A program made the translations under genes and the position numbers. Source: Macrostomum lignano (lineage: Eukaryota). Taken from it: a DNA stretch of 64,000 nucleotides. The number at the start of each line of letters is the position of its first letter. Positions within the stretch are counted from its first letter, which is position 1. The notes beneath the pieces are model-generated. The model saw only the letters and a program-made list of their open reading frames with translations. It was not told where the DNA came from and made no database searches. Below, piece by piece: positions 63,270 through 64,000 of this stretch. Location: positions 62,001 through 126,000 of the forward strand of contig NIVC01000913.1 of NCBI GenBank assembly GCA_002269645.1. The letters run 5' to 3'.

Positions 63270-63530
63270 GAGTGAGAGTGAAGGCTGAGAGTGAAGGCTG
63301 AGAATGAAGGCTGAGAGTGAAGGCTGAGAGTGAAGGCTGAGAGTGAAGGCTGAGAATGAAGGCTGAGAGTGAAGGCTGAGAGTGAAGGCTGAGAGTGAAG
63401 GCTGAGAGTGAAGGCTGAGAGTGAAGGCTGAGAGTGAAGGCTGAGAGTGAAGGCTGAGAGTGAAGGCTGAGAGTGAAGGCTGAGAGTGAAGGCTGAGAGT
63501 GAAGGCTGAGAGTGAAGGCTGAGAGTGAGT
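63270..63530. repeat. 13-bp minisatellite (GCTGAGAGTGAAG)
   Basis: Read directly. Confidence 0.95.
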
Positions 63531-64000
63531 GCCGCTACATTTTCTATAAACAGAGTTAGCATTCCCCAGTCTTCAGCTGAACATTAGGATGTGTTTACTC
63601 CATTTCCAAGGATCTGTCCCAATTCCATTCTTCGCAAGGAATAATTATTTTTGCCGTAGAATACAGAGCGCACTGGCAATGTAGCAAGAGTTTCAAACAA
63701 GCAAGACAAAGACCATTTCTTTCAGTTACCAGATGGAAAAACAAAGACTTCCAAGCCTGCCTCGCCCTGCACAATGGGGCCATATACTGGTTGTTATTGC
63801 CCGATGTTATTGCTGCTAACTGCCCACACGCGGTGACCTCGTTTGAGGAGACAGGATGAGACACCAAAAGCGGCCCCTCGTGAACTGTCACAACACAGCT
63901 ACAGTCTGCACCGCCTTGTTGGGCCTCCCCACTCCTATTCGGGCAATTAAAATTGGAAGTTGCATAATAAAAATATATTTATTTCTGATCGTAAAAAAGC

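Overview
Eukaryotic (animal) genomic DNA, not prokaryotic. GT-AG introns, GC-rich exons with poly-Ala/Gln/Gly tracts and very many micro/minisatellites suggest a free-living flatworm such as Macrostomum (inference only). About 40% of the window is tandem repeat, which explains most long ORFs in the track. Genes reconstructed by hand with phase-consistent splice sites: an intronless RING plus two-transmembrane protein (136-918); two tandem neuropeptide-precursor-like genes sharing a SLQxIxYKLGH core (3937-4230, 6357-6638); CCDC61 (minus, 2 exons); a quiver/sleepless-type Ly6 protein (3 exons); arfaptin (5 exons); a divergent Cip/Kip CDK inhibitor (minus, 2 exons) whose PIP degron is split by its intron; and a PDZRN/Slip1-family PDZ protein (minus, 6 exons, 7-codon first exon). 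A near-identical inverted duplication (about 11.9-15.0 kb and 24.8-27.1 kb), each arm with a promoter-like region and a 96-aa orphan ORF, brackets CCDC61. Also present: three hAT-type MITEs, a Helitron-like element, a tRNA-derived SINE and an older decayed inverted repeat. Top leads: the peptide pair, whose core aligns without gaps to galanin/spexin; the hidden CKI; and the inverted duplication.
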